Numbered from the whole stretch's first letter, positions 37,161 to 50,592 are shown. The stretch is 62,746 nucleotides of DNA, filler included, from Rhabdomonas costata (GCA_019059605.1; 33 parts of 33 records of this genome joined end to end with filler, not necessarily neighbours in it); one strand, 5' to 3'. The notes: a model not told the origin generated them from the sequence alone. A program made the numbers and translations.

Positions 37161-40100
37161 TGCTTCCTTTGGATTGCGATGCGACGGCACACAAGCAAGC
37201 AGCACAGCCACTCAGGGAAACCCTTTCCTTTGCCAACAAAAGGGGCGCAGGAGTCACAGAGTCTGAACAAAAAGGAAAAAGGTGAAAACGACTCGACCCC
37301 CACACCTCAGGCAAGGAAACAAGACATCCACCAGAAGCGGGGCTGGGGTACAAAAGCAACGCTGGCTATGCATGGGAAACACAGCGCCCTCGCCACTAAG
37401 CCCCCAAGAGGTAGAGGGACATTGAGTTAGAGGGACATCTATTCCAGTAAACAACCGCCCAATAGGCGCCCCTCCACGGGTCTGCCTCTCCGGTTTTGCA
37501 GATTTTCCAGTCCAGCCGTGGGGATCCCCCCCCCCCAAAAAAAACAAGGGATATTCGCGGCTTGGGCGGAAAATGCAACCGGCGCAACTAGACTAAACAA
37601 GTGATTCTAGATGTGGTGATATGACGATGACCGGTGATTCGTAGAGAACAAGTCTTGCACGTCAAAAAGAGTAAATACATCTTCAAAAAAAAAGAGCAAG
37701 TCCCCATCATCAGCAAATCGCTTCCTGTACACGGCTCGTCCCGAGCTTCGGTGGACGTTTCTCGGGGAGCCCAATCTACCAATCTAACCCAACCGGGTGG
37801 GCGGTTACGTGAACCGCCAAGCAAACGGATCCCAAACTTTAAGGTGATGGACCAAACCGCCAGGCCGTTAAAAAAGCTAATCAAGAGGTCGACTGGTCGG
37901 CGACCGGTACCCATCCATCCGATCGTAAGGAATAATCCTCGAGGCACGAGAGGAGCGCTTGCCACCTCCCAGCAGGGTGTTCTCCATGCAAACCACACNN
38001 NNNNNNNNNNNNNNNNNNNNNNNNNNNNNNNNNNNNNNNNNNTTAATTAATTAANNNNNNNNNNNNNNNNNNNNNNNNNNNNNNNNNNNNNNNNNNNNGG
38101 GGGTGGTGGCGGTGGTGAGCAGCTGCTCCTCAGTGTGCAGGGTGGTCACGAAGAAGCGCAGCCGCGCACCGTGCTGCAGATCGGTGGGGAACGCAAGGTG
38201 GACTAGAGCGTGCATCAGACGAGTGTGTGGTGTGCTTGAGAGAGAGTGTGCGTGTGAGTGAGTGAGTGTGTGCCTGCGTGCGTTTATTGGGCGCAACTTG
38301 CAACTTGCCTTCTGCGCGGTTGCAAACAGCGATTGCACTCGTCGTTCGTCAGGGTGCTGCCCTCTCCAACCCTCATCCGCGGGGTGCCGGCTCAGGACCC
38401 GAGCGACTTTCTCGGGTGACGTGTGTATATGTGCGCGCGTGACTGCGTGTGGTTAATGGTATCCAGTGATCAAAAACCCACCAGAATTGGAATTTTGGCC
38501 TACACTTCAGGTTGAGAGAACTGAGGAGCGTTCTATTTCAAGGTTTCCTATAGACTGTTTCTAGGCGTTTTCATCGACGTTTATTCCTAGTGGCCTCATT
38601 CGCGCAGAAACCAGTAGAAAATAAATCACCAACCATCCAACCCATTCCGATCCCACCCAAAGTGGACTAAGGGCTCCATGAAAAAAGTTGTTTCCCCCGT
38701 CGATGGCCAATGTGCCTTCCCAGGGCCGGAAGTTGTGGGGACCCCACCACATCACTATGTGTCATAATCCCATTGCCTGGGCTGAAATCGGGGGTTAGAT
38801 GGGGGCTACCCCCCCCCTGACCTTTAGGACCAATGGGCCAGGCCCTCAGGCCGGCTGGACCATAGTAAACCAGGGTCAAGGCCCCAAGGCCCCAGCTATG
38901 GGACCCCCACAAGTGGGGGAATCTGAACAATGGTGCGGGTGTGGACTGCAGAAGCTGGGCTAAATCGGGTCAGTTGATGGACCCCCTGGCTTATGGCCTA
39001 TAAGCTGCTCTTTGGCGTAGTGAGTAGGTGTATGGAAAATGGTGGTACACAGCACTGGGACTTTGCAGGTGGTTGGTGAGTTGACAAGTCTATGCTGATT
39101 GATAGAAAAGACCCCGGCCTGCTTTGGCTTTGCCCTCGTTGTGGGTATGCTGATTTGTTACTTTTTCACGGGTGGAAGAGTTGTTTCCAAGTGGTTTGTT
39201 GTGGTTTCCAACTCATTTCCGACTGCTTTCCGGTGGTTTTCAGTCGTTTCCAGTGGTTTCCAACAGGTGTCAGGTGTTTCCCGTGTGTATTTTTGTTGAT
39301 TTAGCCGTTCTTTGGAGGGGGGAGCTCTCCGAGGCACTGTTCCCCTAAGGGCCCCGTCCGGAATCCCCTAGCGCGTCCTTTTCAACTCCCTGGTTACATT
39401 TAGATGCAAGCACTTCTGGCACTTCTCCAGAATGTATAAGAGACCCAGTACTTATTCATAGGGGTATTCCCGCATGCTTGTGTGTGCAGAATGGAGCAGT
39501 GCTGCCGCTGCAACCCATAGAGATAACCCCTGACATTGGCCCTCTTCCCTCGGCTCAAGCCAGGACCCCTCGGTCCTGTCTCCCTGAGCCTGGGGTTTCC
39601 CAGGCCCCTCGGTTGTGCACCGTGGCGTGCTTCGACCTTGCGGGGTTCGAGTCCCTCGTTGCGGCCAAAGGCGTTGAAAGGGTATTTCCCCTCCTCCCTT
39701 ACCAGCCTCAGTTTCGGTTGTTTCTCTTCCAGAGAGGGAAAGGACCCGTACAACAAATGCAATAGGTGACTCTGCATGAGTGTGTAGAAAGCCAGTTTCT
39801 GGCGTTAAATCAGCGACTGTTCCGCGCTCAGCGCAGACATACACATGCGAACAAATAGACAACTGTCTCGAAGTCAAAAACAAACCAAACTCACCTAACA
39901 CANNNNNNNNNNNNNNNNNNNNNNNNNNNNNNNNNNNNNNNNNNNNTTAATTAATTAANNNNNNNNNNNNNNNNNNNNNNNNNNNNNNNNNNNNNNNNNN
40001 NNGTGTTGGGTGTGTGTGGTTGTGGGTTGAAGCTAAGGTAGAGGTCATGGGGGGTACCCGGGGCGTCATCGATCACGAACTGCACCGTCTTCTTCACCAC

Positions 40101-43100
40101 TGACCCTTGGGCTGGGGTCAGGCCCGGGATAAACGCGGGCGGCGATGGACAGCCTTTGTTTTTTTTGTCACAGCCAGATAGAAATCTACACAAACATCCT
40201 GAGAAACACACCAGGTCACCCTCACAATGGGCACCAAATGATTTTCTTATGAAAAACAAAAACCGAAATGTTCAAAATTTTTGCGAAAAAGTTCCCCAAA
40301 TCGGTTGCAGTGCAAGACATCCCGAAACAGATGAATGAATCCATCTCCTTTTTTGGTCCCAAAGGATAGAGAGAACATCAAAACGTGGTGGGCATATCGC
40401 GACTGAGTCACGCTCATCCGTGGAACAGAAAAAAGGACAGACGCAGAGTGTGAAAGCCTGGAGAGAGTATTGCACAAGAAACCTGAGACGGGGGGGGGAC
40501 AGTCGGCGCCAATCAGGCTTAGCAGGCTCAACCCCACAAGGACCATCGAAACTAACAACATCCTTACAGAAGTGCAGTGCTGCATTTCCAGGGACAAAAA
40601 GCTGAGCAGACATAAGGGGGCAGGGTGGGCACGGAAAAATCCCTCTTCCAGTAAAGCAACTCGGGGGCCGCTGCGAAAAAACCCAACATGCAGTTAGATT
40701 TGGTAGAGGAGGAGAGGGGAGGCAGTTAAACATTACCCTTGGTGTGCAGCCTTTCTACTGGGATTCCTTGGATGGGGATGCAGGAGTGCGTGCAGCGGAG
40801 AGGGCAACTTATTTGCTTTGCCAAACCCTAAAGCTCCCAACGCATTCCGCTCCGCGCAAAGGAGCTATATATCAAGGTTGTCCCTTCACGTTCCATACCA
40901 CAAAAAAACGTCAAACGGAGTCTCACATAAAAATTTTGCACGAGTTACACTCCATCGATGTACTTCGATGAAGTTCAGCCGCAATCCCACAAAGTCGTTG
41001 TGCACACCGGGTTTCACCACTCGGATCCATGAATTTTGTGCTAAAACGCGAACACTTTTTGACTTCAAACAGATTTTCGGGAGGAAAAAGGTTGTCCACC
41101 TGGATGTAATCGCCCACCTGGGTAGTTGCGTATACAAAGCAGCGTTCACAAGAAACTTTGGAAATGCTTTGTTGACCCCATGGACCATGTGCAGACAGTA
41201 TGAATGCTAAAAATCAGGGTTGAAGAGCAGCAAAAGGTAAAACGAGGCATTTCAACTGGGTTTTGTGTCTAGGAGTTTCTTCCCTGTGAAGCCACGGCTG
41301 TTGTAAACCTTGGCAAGCGACGATTATTGACCATTTTCTGAGTGGGTGAAACGCGTCCATGGCGAAATATCACTGCCGAATCACCCGAACCGCAGGGGTG
41401 TTATCTGACAACTTTATCAACAACCACTTTGTTTGGTATTACTTTGGGGTCAGGTAAGGGATGGCTTAATCGCGCTTTGGACGAGTGGAAAAGAAGTACA
41501 GTACTGGATGACGGTTCTCGGCCCCTCGGTCGAATCATTTAGCATGTCAGGAAGTACTGTCCTGAAGCTCAACTGAAGCCGCACTGAAGCCGACCGGAGT
41601 CACGCATTTTAGAGGAATAATGGGGAAAAATCTTGTTATAAGTGTCTTCAATGGGCTTCAGTAGGGGCTTCAATTCCCGAACACGGTAGAGCTGTGGCTG
41701 GCACTTTGGGTGGCACCGAGCGAGAGGAAAGTGCTATCCGGAATGTTAGTGACCGCGACGTGGGCGCGAAGGAAGTGAGGCCGCGACAAGCGCAGGCGCG
41801 CCGCCCNNNNNNNNNNNNNNNNNNNNNNNNNNNNNNNNNNNNNNNNNNNNTTAATTAATTAANNNNNNNNNNNNNNNNNNNNNNNNNNNNNNNNNNNNNN
41901 NNNNNNGTGTTGGTGGTCCTTTATTCCCATTCGGATGAAGGCGATTTTCTTGTCCTGGGGTGGCTCTCCTTGATCCATTTTTCAAGCATTTTAACCATTT
42001 TTTGTTTTTCTCCGAGAGAAAATGAGGAGTTCAACATTATTACACTGATCCATTATCACCTTCACGGTACAACCCTGTATCAGATCGCCTGAATTTGTTC
42101 ATGACTTCAGCCAGCAGACTGGGATGTTCGTTTTCTTCGACGTTTGGGAAGGTATTTCTGGACTGAGGGAGCACCTTCCTTTAGCATGTCATAAATAAAT
42201 GGACGATGTTTAACATCAAGAAAATAGGACGATGAGGGCGAAGCCGAAGCAGGGTCCGGATGACACAAAACAGTGGGACGCCGTAGAATTGTCTCAGCTG
42301 CGTTTTACCTCTCCTTTTCGTTGTTCAATCCCAAGCGCAACTTCAGTCGGTGGTCTGCGCTGATTTCGGGTGTTCTCTCCTGGAGACTTCGCAAGCGAGC
42401 AAAGGACAGGTCTTGGTGCGAATAGAAATTTCGAGGGGGGGGATGTGCGCTAGGTTGAGCAAGGAGCACCAGATAGTTTCGGAAATTTCTTTGTACTTAA
42501 AGTTTTGTCAATGCCTCTCTCTGCAAATAGCTGCCCGACTGTCTGATTTTAGTACTCACCAGCAGTATTCAAGTAAAATGCTTGACAAGTTGCAAGCACG
42601 CCTCGAAAGACTTACACTGCTGGGTCTCGGATCCATTTTCAAAATCTGTATAGCAACAAAATCTGTATGGCTAGGTTTGTGCCAGCTGATGAACCTTGCT
42701 TGAACAAACTGATGAAAGATGGGCTAAAGTTTAGGCGGCTGGGCTGTTTTCGCAAAGCAGTTGATCTTCTGAGCCCTTGGGGCTTGACATGTGGTCGCGT
42801 TTGTCGCCTCAGTTCAGACCTTCGCCTCAACGCATCCAACGTGACTATGCCCCAAGCCTGCTTCGGATTCGGAGCTGAAAGGAATCTTTTCAATCATTAG
42901 TAACCGATACAGAGCGGTACACACTGCTGTTGAGTATCCTGAGCAACATCAACCTCGAGCACGGGGGATTTCCAGTCCGGCCCCCTGCATGCCCATTCCG
43001 CTTTTTCCAAAGGCTCTATTCGCGCTGTTCATTCCACTTAGCAAAGCGAGGATAACCCTCTGGGTCTATCTAGGTTTCGTATAACAAGACACTCCTGCAC

Positions 43101-44051
43101 ACAAGCTACATTCACAGACGGAGACGAATGCCTCACAACATACTAACTTGTGGATGTAACTTACCTTACCTGCTTTCAAAGCTGGTCGAACAAACCGGTT
43201 GGCCATAGCTTCGTGCACTGCCAAGAACGACAACTCGAATACCACAGCCGAGCCATGGTCAAAAAAATGGAGCAAATTCTCCCCACTGAACAAAACGGTG
43301 GCACCATGTTCATTGTTGATGGCAAGCATTGTGCCACTTCGGCCTGGGCCTTCCCTTTTCCTCCAATTTGGCTTGCGGCAACCACCCCCGTAGTTCTACC
43401 TCGAGCACCACCTATGCTCGCCATGCATGGCTCCGCAACGCCATGAAACGCTGAGTACAACCGCTCTGCACCCTTCTCGTTCTAGTTCGTTCTCTCTCTG
43501 GTAGAAGTGATTTTTTAAGCAAATCCCCATTAAATAATTTAAAAAAAAAGGGAGTAAATTAACCAAATTTATATTTTGCCGGTGTTGCTAAAGCCAATCT
43601 GGTTAATTTTGTTACGGGCTGCACCGGACGGTGCCCGTCAGCCCTCTTCAGCTGGAAATCCAGTAACTGAAACCCAAATGTGAGGCGACAACAAGGATAC
43701 ACCCACAACANNNNNNNNNNNNNNNNNNNNNNNNNNNNNNNNNNNNNNNNNNNNTTAATTAATTAANNNNNNNNNNNNNNNNNNNNNNNNNNNNNNNNNN
43801 NNNNNNNNNNGCAGGCTCTTACGAGTAAAAAGGGTAATTCCGGTAACCGTCACGGGTAACCCACAACCAAAGGTCCTATGGGGTGGGCTAGAAAAAACCA
43901 ACCAAACCGTACCCATAGTCAATGCGTGGGGATTCTGGCTTGGAGAAGAAAAAAGGCAAATAAAAGGGGATTTGTTTGGTGTTGCAGCCAGCTATGAAAT
44001 GGATCAACACTTTCAACACTTTGTGTATTAAAACCCCTTCCTCTTCCCCAC

Positions 44052-45447
44052 CTGCGATGCCCGTCTCCTTCTGGTAGGCCTTCGAGAAGCCTCCATCGAT
44101 GACAAGGCACCTGTCCACACGGTCACCATGTTAGGAGCTTGCGTCTACGCTCACTACCGAAATGGAAAAATCGGGGTGCTTCATTTTGTGGTGGGAAGCA
44201 AATTTAGGGAAGAAAATGCAAGCAGATACGCGCGATGCTGTTTTTTTTCAAGGCGCTTTGCCACCCCCATTCTTTCCGAGCCAGAAAACCGTGAAATCCC
44301 CAAATCCGGCTAACCACACTAAAGCCAGCAAACATTTTCGTCCGCTTCCCCCGTGTGTAAGAGGGAGCACAGTCCGAAACAGAGCGATGCCCACTCTCAC
44401 GACTCTGATCTGCTGGCAGATGTTCCTTGTAAAGCGGATCCCAGTCTCACTGCTCCGTCTGGGGAGGACGGGGAGGAAAAGTGCAAGCAACCTTCCACCA
44501 GCCTTGACTGGAGTCTCCCCCTTGACAACCTGAGAGGACAGCGGTTCAGCAACCATGTAAGTGTACAAAAACCAAAGTCGGGGCCCCAGAGTGTAAAAAC
44601 GAAAACTTTGCGCCTAGGCATTGGTGTCGCAAGTCCTAATTGGAAGACTGATCAGAATCTAGAATGACACGATGGTTGAATTATTCCCCCTCTTATCCTT
44701 TAATTTGCACTGCAACTTCTCCCCTTCACTCTCATCAAAGGTTGGTTTTCAAGAAAAAAGGATTCCCGAGATTCATTTCAGGACAGGTTGGGAACAAACG
44801 GAGTTCGGGAGAGTGGGGGTGCCAGAGAACCTTCACTGGTGTATGACCATTGACAATGATCCCCTTCTCGGGGTCCAGCCCGAAGTCCCGGAGGATCTTC
44901 GCGCAGATCTCGGGGTTCTCACGGAGCTTGTAGTAGGGGTTATTGTTCTCCTTCCACGGGGTCTTGTCGTCGATGAAGTACCGCTCAAAGGTGGCCATCT
45001 TGTCCTGAAGGAAAGAAGCAGAGGCTTTTAGGCCGAAAGGCTCGGTTGGTATACATCCGTCCCTCAACAGCAGCGGCATATTCGCGCGAGCGGAGAGGAT
45101 GTACATGCCAGCGGAGCCGTGTTTCTGAAGCTTATTCCGTAAGAACAGCGACAGTGAAGTAGTGTGGGTGTGGGTGCGGGAGGGAGCGGGAGGAAATCCG
45201 GTACCACCGGTGCCCTTCGACAATGAACACTGCAAATCCTACGGAAGCCATCATAACCATATCCTCCCTCCCCCGCGGCCCTTTCAAAACGCATGTTGGT
45301 GGAGATCTATATCAAACAGTGCAGAGAGAAACCACGCGGCAAGCGAAGACAAGCAGGAAAGGTGCTGCAAGCAAAAAGCAGACACAGCGACCTTCCCAAA
45401 CATTGGGGAGTTTGGTCCAGCCCAGCAGTACCACATCATGTCCATCC
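44052..45447 (-). CDS. fbp: Class III (Firmicute-type) fructose-1,6-bisphosphatase, four internal exons (45447-45392, 45004-44831, 44529-44492, 44110-44052)
   Basis: Spliced product: [33 protein letters not shown]...[70 protein letters not shown]. All three junctions are GT-AG and phase-consistent. Confidence 0.93.
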
Positions 45448-45712
45448 CTGCGAGCCGCATCACCCCCCCCCCTTCCTCGAGGCCGAGCAGCAAAGCCGCC
45501 GCCGATCGCCGATGAAACTTGAAACCCGTTGTTTCATGGCAACTGCTATTATTTCACAGCGCATCAGAAAACAGGCAACAAGCATCAGTCTGCGTCAGAA
45601 AACACAGCATCGNNNNNNNNNNNNNNNNNNNNNNNNNNNNNNNNNNNNNNNNNNNNTTAATTAATTAANNNNNNNNNNNNNNNNNNNNNNNNNNNNNNNN
45701 NNNNNNNNNNNN

Positions 45713-46730
45713 GTGTTGGTGTGTTTGGTTTGTGGTGTCTCTGGGGATTCCGGGTGGGTTCGAGTGGTGAGCATTAACTTTGAGGGTTCCTGGCCTCTTG
45801 GTGGGTTGGCTCTCAAATGGTGATCTCCTGATGGAATTCGGCCTTCTGCATTCGGTATTGGAGTGGGTGTGTGTGGCCTTGGTTCTCTCGCGTGCGTGTG
45901 CCTTGTTGTATTCTTAGGTATGGTATCGTGTGTAGTGGAGTGGAGTGGAGTGGAGTGTAGCGTATTGGTATGGGTAGTGGTGGTGGTTCTGGTAGTGGGC
46001 TGTGGGGTTGTGTGCTTGGCTTTGGTGGTGGTGGTGTTTGGTCTTGGCGGCTATGATGTGGAGTTGTGTGCTTGGGTTGTCTGCGGTGGTGTGGGTTGGG
46101 CTGATGGATGTGGTTCTTGGGGTGGGGGTCACGGTGGGGTTGTTGGCGCTTGGGTTGTTGGTCGCACTGTTGGTCTTGGCGCAGGTCGTGGTTGGGGGTT
46201 CGGTAGCGTTGGCGTTGTTGGCTCTTTGGCTGTGGGTGTTGGGCTGTGTTGGTGCGTAGGATTGGTGGGACTGGTGCTTGGGTTGGCAATTGGTGTTGGA
46301 GGTTTGGGCTATGTGTGTTTGGGACTGGTGGTTGGGCTTTGTGTTCTTGGAGTTGGAGTTGGTGCATGTTGGGTTCTGGTCCTTGTTGTGGTTGCGTTGG
46401 TGCTGATGGTGGTGTTGGGTGTTGGGTTCATGGTGTGGAGTTGTGTCGCAGGTGGGTTGGTCTTGGGGTGTGCTTCGTTGCTGGTTGTGTTTTGCGTGAC
46501 TTTGGTTGGTGGGTCGGTTGGTGGTGCGGTTGTTGGAGTCTGGGCTTGGGTGATGGTGTCAGGTTGTGTTGGATGTGTTGGAGTTGGAGGTGGAGTGGCT
46601 GATGGAGTTGGGTGGATGGTGGTGTTGGGAGTGAGTTCTATGTCGGTCTCTGCGACCTCCGTTTTGGTGATTCTGGCTGTGGTTTATGACATCACTCGTG
46701 ATGTCCATGATGATGAACTGTCTCGGGATA
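45713..46730 (-). pseudogene. Decayed Pro/Thr-rich (mucin-like or TE ORF-like) reading frame
   Basis: One minus frame stays P/T-rich for more than 300 codons (HPTPSATPPPTPTHPTQPDT...) and is interrupted only by four stops (TAA, TAG, TGA, TAG). Strand skew is extreme. Confidence 0.5.
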
Positions 46731-47742
46731 CCTTTAGAACAACAAGGCTGCGTACGGCTATGCCACTACTGTCCCACTCGCTACTTCCGCGTACTACAAC
46801 ATACTACTACAACGTATCGACGATCGCTCCCAGTGTCCTGAGTAGTACGGAGACGTCCCGAAGTTCAACGCCTGGGTTGACATCGTTTCATTGACCGAAC
46901 CAACACGAACCACGTAATGACGCAGGTACCAGTGAGACTATGCAACGTAGCATGTAACTCAACACCTGAGGCTCATGTGTTAGTAGTGGTTAGAGGCGAG
47001 TCATGTAGCCTGGGTTGCAGGACCTCTAATGGTGGACATCTACCCTCACCTGATGCGCGGGGTGTGCTGGGTAGTGCTGGGTAGGTGACCCAAGGTCGAC
47101 AATCAACCCACACCAGGTAACTGATTGAGTGGCTAACGGTAGCGCATGCAGCAATGCCTACTCTGCTCACACCACGGTACCCGAATCATGCGCTCAATGT
47201 TGGTGGTTGAGGTGGCAGGTTACCAGTGATGGTAGCAGATGCCCTAGGGAGTATCATGGTGGTGCAATAGACATCAGCGTACAACCAACGGTATGGCTAC
47301 TGTTACCCACGCCTGTCAACCCGAACCACAGTATGAGATGACAACCATGGTAGTGGTGATGTTGCTGGTGGTCCTGTAGGCATAGTGCACCGTAAGCTAT
47401 GTCCTTCCCTCCACTCCAACTACCACATGCCAATACGTGATGGTGATGACAGTGCGAGTGGTGATGATGCATGTAGTGAGGCTCATGCATACGCTGATGC
47501 TGCTAATCCAAACCCCCNNNNNNNNNNNNNNNNNNNNNNNNNNNNNNNNNNNNNNNNNNNNTTAATTAATTAANNNNNNNNNNNNNNNNNNNNNNNNNNN
47601 NNNNNNNNNNNNNNNNNGTGTGTGCCTTATCTTGATGTGGTTGGAATGGGGCTGTGAGGGTGACCTTAGTACTCTGTAGCAGCCGTGATGTGTTTTTCGC
47701 GTGTACCCGACCGGGCAATGTTCTCGCGTTCCTCTCCTGCAG

Positions 47743-49398
47743 TACAACGCAGTGCAACAGCTCCCCACGGTGCTGCGGCAGCTCCGGAAGCTGTTCCGCA
47801 CTGACCTGAACATTCTGATGCTGGGGTCGGCCTTCATCTCGGACTGGCACGTCCTGGTGAGCCTGGACGTCGACGTCCTGGTGACTGGGCTGGCCTACGT
47901 CCCGGGCTACCTCACCGCCCCTACGCCGCAGTACATCAATGGTGCTTCCTCTCTCTGTGGGTGCATCCGTATGTGTACATACCTGCATTTATTTATCCGG
48001 CACACCGAAGAAGCGTTCAGCATAACTGAGAACAGCCTTTCTTGATGTACAGAAGCAGTACCATAAAAAGGTCTGAGTGCTCAGAGTTCGCCCACACGGC
48101 CATGTGCATCGCCTTCTGTCCCCCGCGCGGAAAATACTCCCCAGTAGTATACCAGCTAGCGGAGGTGCGCCGTGTTTTTTTCATGTGTACACGTGCTTTT
48201 CACGGGTTGTCGCAAAAATGGGGTTCACTCGAAGGGTTTGAGTTCCTTCACGAACGCAGATGCACACCCCCACCCCCATTCCCAGGCTTTTGTTAGCCTG
48301 GTGAATAATGCGGATGTTCGACAGTGTATGCCTTGTTTGTTCCTTGAGCTGTGTTTCTAAAAAATAAAGTTGACTGGTGAAAATTCTTCCCGGCCTTTTG
48401 CAGCGCTAGTGCGATTTCTGGCAACATTCCTCATATTATTCCCAATCTGGTTCGATTGCCGCACCTCGAAGATTCGCCTTCCCAAAAGGCGCCCTTGAAG
48501 GTTCAAAGTGTTTCATTTTCGGCTTGCTTGATTCGCCAAATAAAAGCATCTGTTTATCATGGTTTGATATCATGGTGTGTCATGCAAGGCATACTTCTCG
48601 TTCACGCCTTGGTTTCCACCGAAGCCGTTTCCTGTTGTAGCAAGCAGGTTGAGACTTGTCAGCAGCTTGACCATTTTCACGTGCGCTGTGCACGATTCTC
48701 AGGAAGCTAATGATAAACAACAGATTCGTTCTTCAGTGACAAACAATGGGAGGGGGGCTATTGGTGGAGCGGCAGCAGTGGCCACCTTGCAATTAACTCC
48801 CCATCTCCACCTTTCCCACATGTTTTTTTTTCAGGTACGGGTGTGGCCATCCGCTCCAAGCTGCAACACTCCCTCTCCTTTGTCGACATTGACTTGGACT
48901 TGTGGAAGGCAAAACAGAGCTTCCTGACCTTCACGGAGATCGACATCTCACAGCCCGTGAACTTCTCCGTTACCCCAATCAACGACGCCGCGTACTACTC
49001 CGACCTGGAGTGGATGCAGGCTCAGATTCACCTGGCCGCCGCAAATGATCTTACGGTTGGTTACTGCACCAAGGCCGTGCCTATCGCCGCGGACCGGGAA
49101 CACAAGATTTACCCGTGCCGGCATAAGGTTCGTGGGCATCGCAAAGACTTTTCCGAAGCCCTTTATAAGGTTCCTTTATGAGGCGAGTTGGATTGGCACC
49201 AGAACTTAGCCTCCCCAGGTCGCTCGACGGCAGGAGCGTTCATGAACCAGCGTTTGAGGTTCCAAATTGCTCAGCACCATTCCGCCCCTGCACAGGAGTG
49301 TGAGATCGGGACATGGTGGGCGGGCGTCTTGCAATCCTTCGGGGATGCGGACGTGGGCATCATCAACGGGGGTTCCTTCTCTGCTGGTTGGCCCGCAG
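47743..49398 (+). CDS. 5'-nucleotidase/UshA-like protein, exons 47743-47941, 48835-49127, 49296-49398
   Basis: YPCRHK|ECEIGTWWAGVLQSFGDADVGIINGGSFSAGWPAG matches the start of the 5'-nucleotidase C-terminal domain (CR..E...G....D....AD....NGG.IR). Upstream DVDVLVTG aligns with the metallophosphatase (I)DVIVGGH segment. Confidence 0.75.
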
Positions 49399-50385
49399 GT
49401 GATTTCGTCCAACCCCACACNNNNNNNNNNNNNNNNNNNNNNNNNNNNNNNNNNNNNNNNNNNNTTAATTAATTAANNNNNNNNNNNNNNNNNNNNNNNN
49501 NNNNNNNNNNNNNNNNNNNNGGGTTTTTGTCGACCGCAATTGTGACGTGCTGCTGTTCTTCCCCTCTCACACGCGCTCGCCATTTTATTCAATGAAAAAA
49601 GAGCTCTTTTGGGGCTGCTTTGGAGTTTTTGCCAAGATGGATTGACACCATTTGCAATAATTTTTGATGCCTTGCGGTGTTTTGGTTTTTTGTACTGCGG
49701 CTTTTGCTTTGTGTTCTGCCCGCTCAGTGCGAGGTTCTGAGAAGACCCTTGTTTCTCCATTGCGTTCTTGTTTGTATTGTAAGCATGCTGTGTCCCGCAC
49801 CAGGTTGAACCCCTGTTGCGGGACTGCGTGAGTGGAGGTTGCAGAGTTTGTTTCGCCACGAAGGAAGCACAAAGCGGGTGGTGGAGATGAGTTCAAACGT
49901 TTGACATTATCGCATTTGAGAACCTCGCGAGCAAAAAAAAAGTGTCAGCTAATGCCAATTAGAGCCACAATTAGAGCCACATTAAGGGCTCATTTTTTTG
50001 TCTTCAAACCGAACGTGGTGAGTGACACGGCAGGCAGGCAAGGGACGAACTAACTGGACAATCCCGATCCCAATTTATTCGGACCTGCATTTCAGGACTT
50101 TTTGTAACTCCTTGTTCTTGTTACCAGCTACCCTAGTTCACTGGGCTTACAACAACCCGGTTTCCGTGTGGCTGGAACTATTTTCCGCTTAGAAAATTTT
50201 TCAGTCTGATGCTCCGCAACCCTTCTTCAGGAGTTACACCTAAAATTAGAAGAGGAAGTTCTTTTTCTGGGAAGGAAGTTTTTTGTGAATTCTGGTGCAA
50301 AAGCGTCCGACTCTGCGCTGTGCATCATGGTTCCAATCTTGTGCGCTTCTTATTTCTTACAGGCTGTGAACCCCACCTTGTTTTC

Positions 50386-50592
50386 ATGGCCGAAGAGGGT
50401 GAGGCTTTGTCCGATCAACCGGCGCTAGCGCTCCACCGTTCCGGCTCTCAATTGTGGCGGAAGGCCCGCGTGATCTCCCGCAGCGTCGTCCGCACTGGGG
50501 CAAATGGGGGTTCCTTTTGGCGAAAGCTCGCCCAGACTTCCCTTGCGCTCCGAGTGGAGCCTCAGATTCTGCTGAATGCCCTGGAGGAAACG
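50386..50592 (+). CDS. Hypothetical protein, probable first coding exon
   Basis: The ATG lies 23 nt after a polypyrimidine-CAG, and MAEEGEALSDQPALALHRSGSQLWRKARV... is open to a GT donor. Confidence 0.35.

Noticed and set aside
42350..43460. Several overlapping ORFs that might be a decayed element
   Set aside because: No recognisable motif in any frame, so no call can be supported.
45863..46894. 343-aa Val/Gly-rich 'membrane protein' ORF on the + strand
   Set aside because: It is the shadow of G/T-skewed DNA, which rarely forms stops. The opposite strand's Pro/Thr frame explains it better.
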